From NCBI GenBank assembly GCA_963744145.1, contig CAVUSO010000001.1:6336001-6400000 (forward strand): DNA of 64,000 nucleotides, given 5' to 3'. Of the stretch, positions 63,577 to 64,000 are shown in pieces. Positions within the stretch are counted from its first letter, which is position 1; each line of letters begins with the position of its first letter. Made by a program: the position numbers and the translations under genes. The DNA comes from an uncultured cyanobacterium (GTDB taxonomy: Bacteria; Cyanobacteriota; Cyanobacteriia; Cyanobacteriales; CAWUOF01). The notes below the pieces were generated by a model, which made no database searches, had not been told where the DNA came from, and was given only the letters and a program-made list of their open reading frames with translations.

Positions 63577-63999
63577 TTACACACCCTCAGCAATAATTCT
63601 TTGGAATTGATTGACTAAGTGGCTTTGTAATTCGGCAAAATCTTCGATCGCTTTTTCTAATTGAGTTTGACGTACCCGTTTTAAAGTTGGGTTTTGGATT
63701 TTTTCTGCTTCAATCATTAAGACCTCCATCCGGGCAATAAATTCAGAGAATATCTGATCTAAATTGCATTCTAGTTCTAATTTTTTCTCCATTAAGAAAG
63801 CGGCTGTGGAACTGCGGATTGCAGCTTTTTCGCGGACTAAATATTGATTACAGTGTTCGGTTAGGGATTGAATTTGGGTTTCTCGGACTTTTGCTAAAGC
63901 ACGACGACGAAATTCAAATTCATCTTTAATTAAGGCTAATTCTCCTTGAACTGCTGCCCGAGTTCCTGCGTCGGGTAAAAAGCGTTGTAAAAAACCTTG
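63577..63999 (-). CDS. Hypothetical coiled-coil protein, 3' part (5' end outside window)
   Basis: Frame open from the window edge (QGFLQRFLPD...FLMEKKLEL...). Confidence 0.7.
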   Translation of the reverse strand, partial: QGFLQRFLPDAGTRAAVQGELALIKDEFEFRRRALAKVRETQIQSLTEHCNQYLVREKAAIRSSTAAFLMEKKLELECNLDQIFSEFIARMEVLMIEAEKIQNPTLKRVRQTQLEKAIEDFAELQSHLVNQFQRIIAEGV

Positions 64000-64000
64000 G

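Overview
Cyanobacterial chromosomal window; the HIP1 octamer GCGATCGC is abundant except in two AT-rich islands. Core genes include nusB, riboflavin synthase, cheW/PBP2/cheR, tRNA-fMet, asparaginase-CGLD27-rsfS-yqeK, pepP, a MoxR-DUF58-transglutaminase operon, a two-component pair, htrA and msrB. The most striking feature is a 1226-aa DUF1156-type DNA methyltransferase carrying a complete REP-associated HUH/Y1 tyrosine transposase (RAYT) domain in frame, just upstream of its DPPY motif. The RAYT is flanked by two directly repeated GTGG-hairpin REP doublets that are themselves translated, and related REPs with compensatory stem changes occur elsewhere in the window. Other notable items: short palindromes inserted in frame in two more genes; an ISAs1 element with a 10-bp TSD splitting an FTR1 iron permease; an M20 amidohydrolase lacking its metal ligands; a Zn-ribbon + HEPN-like gene pair beside a decayed R-M system; an AT-rich FtsK-ATPase cluster; and three copies of a Uma2 5'/promoter segment bracketing variable cargo. 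Several single-base frameshifts, two of them in conserved genes, may be assembly errors. All family assignments are from motif recognition by eye, not database searches.
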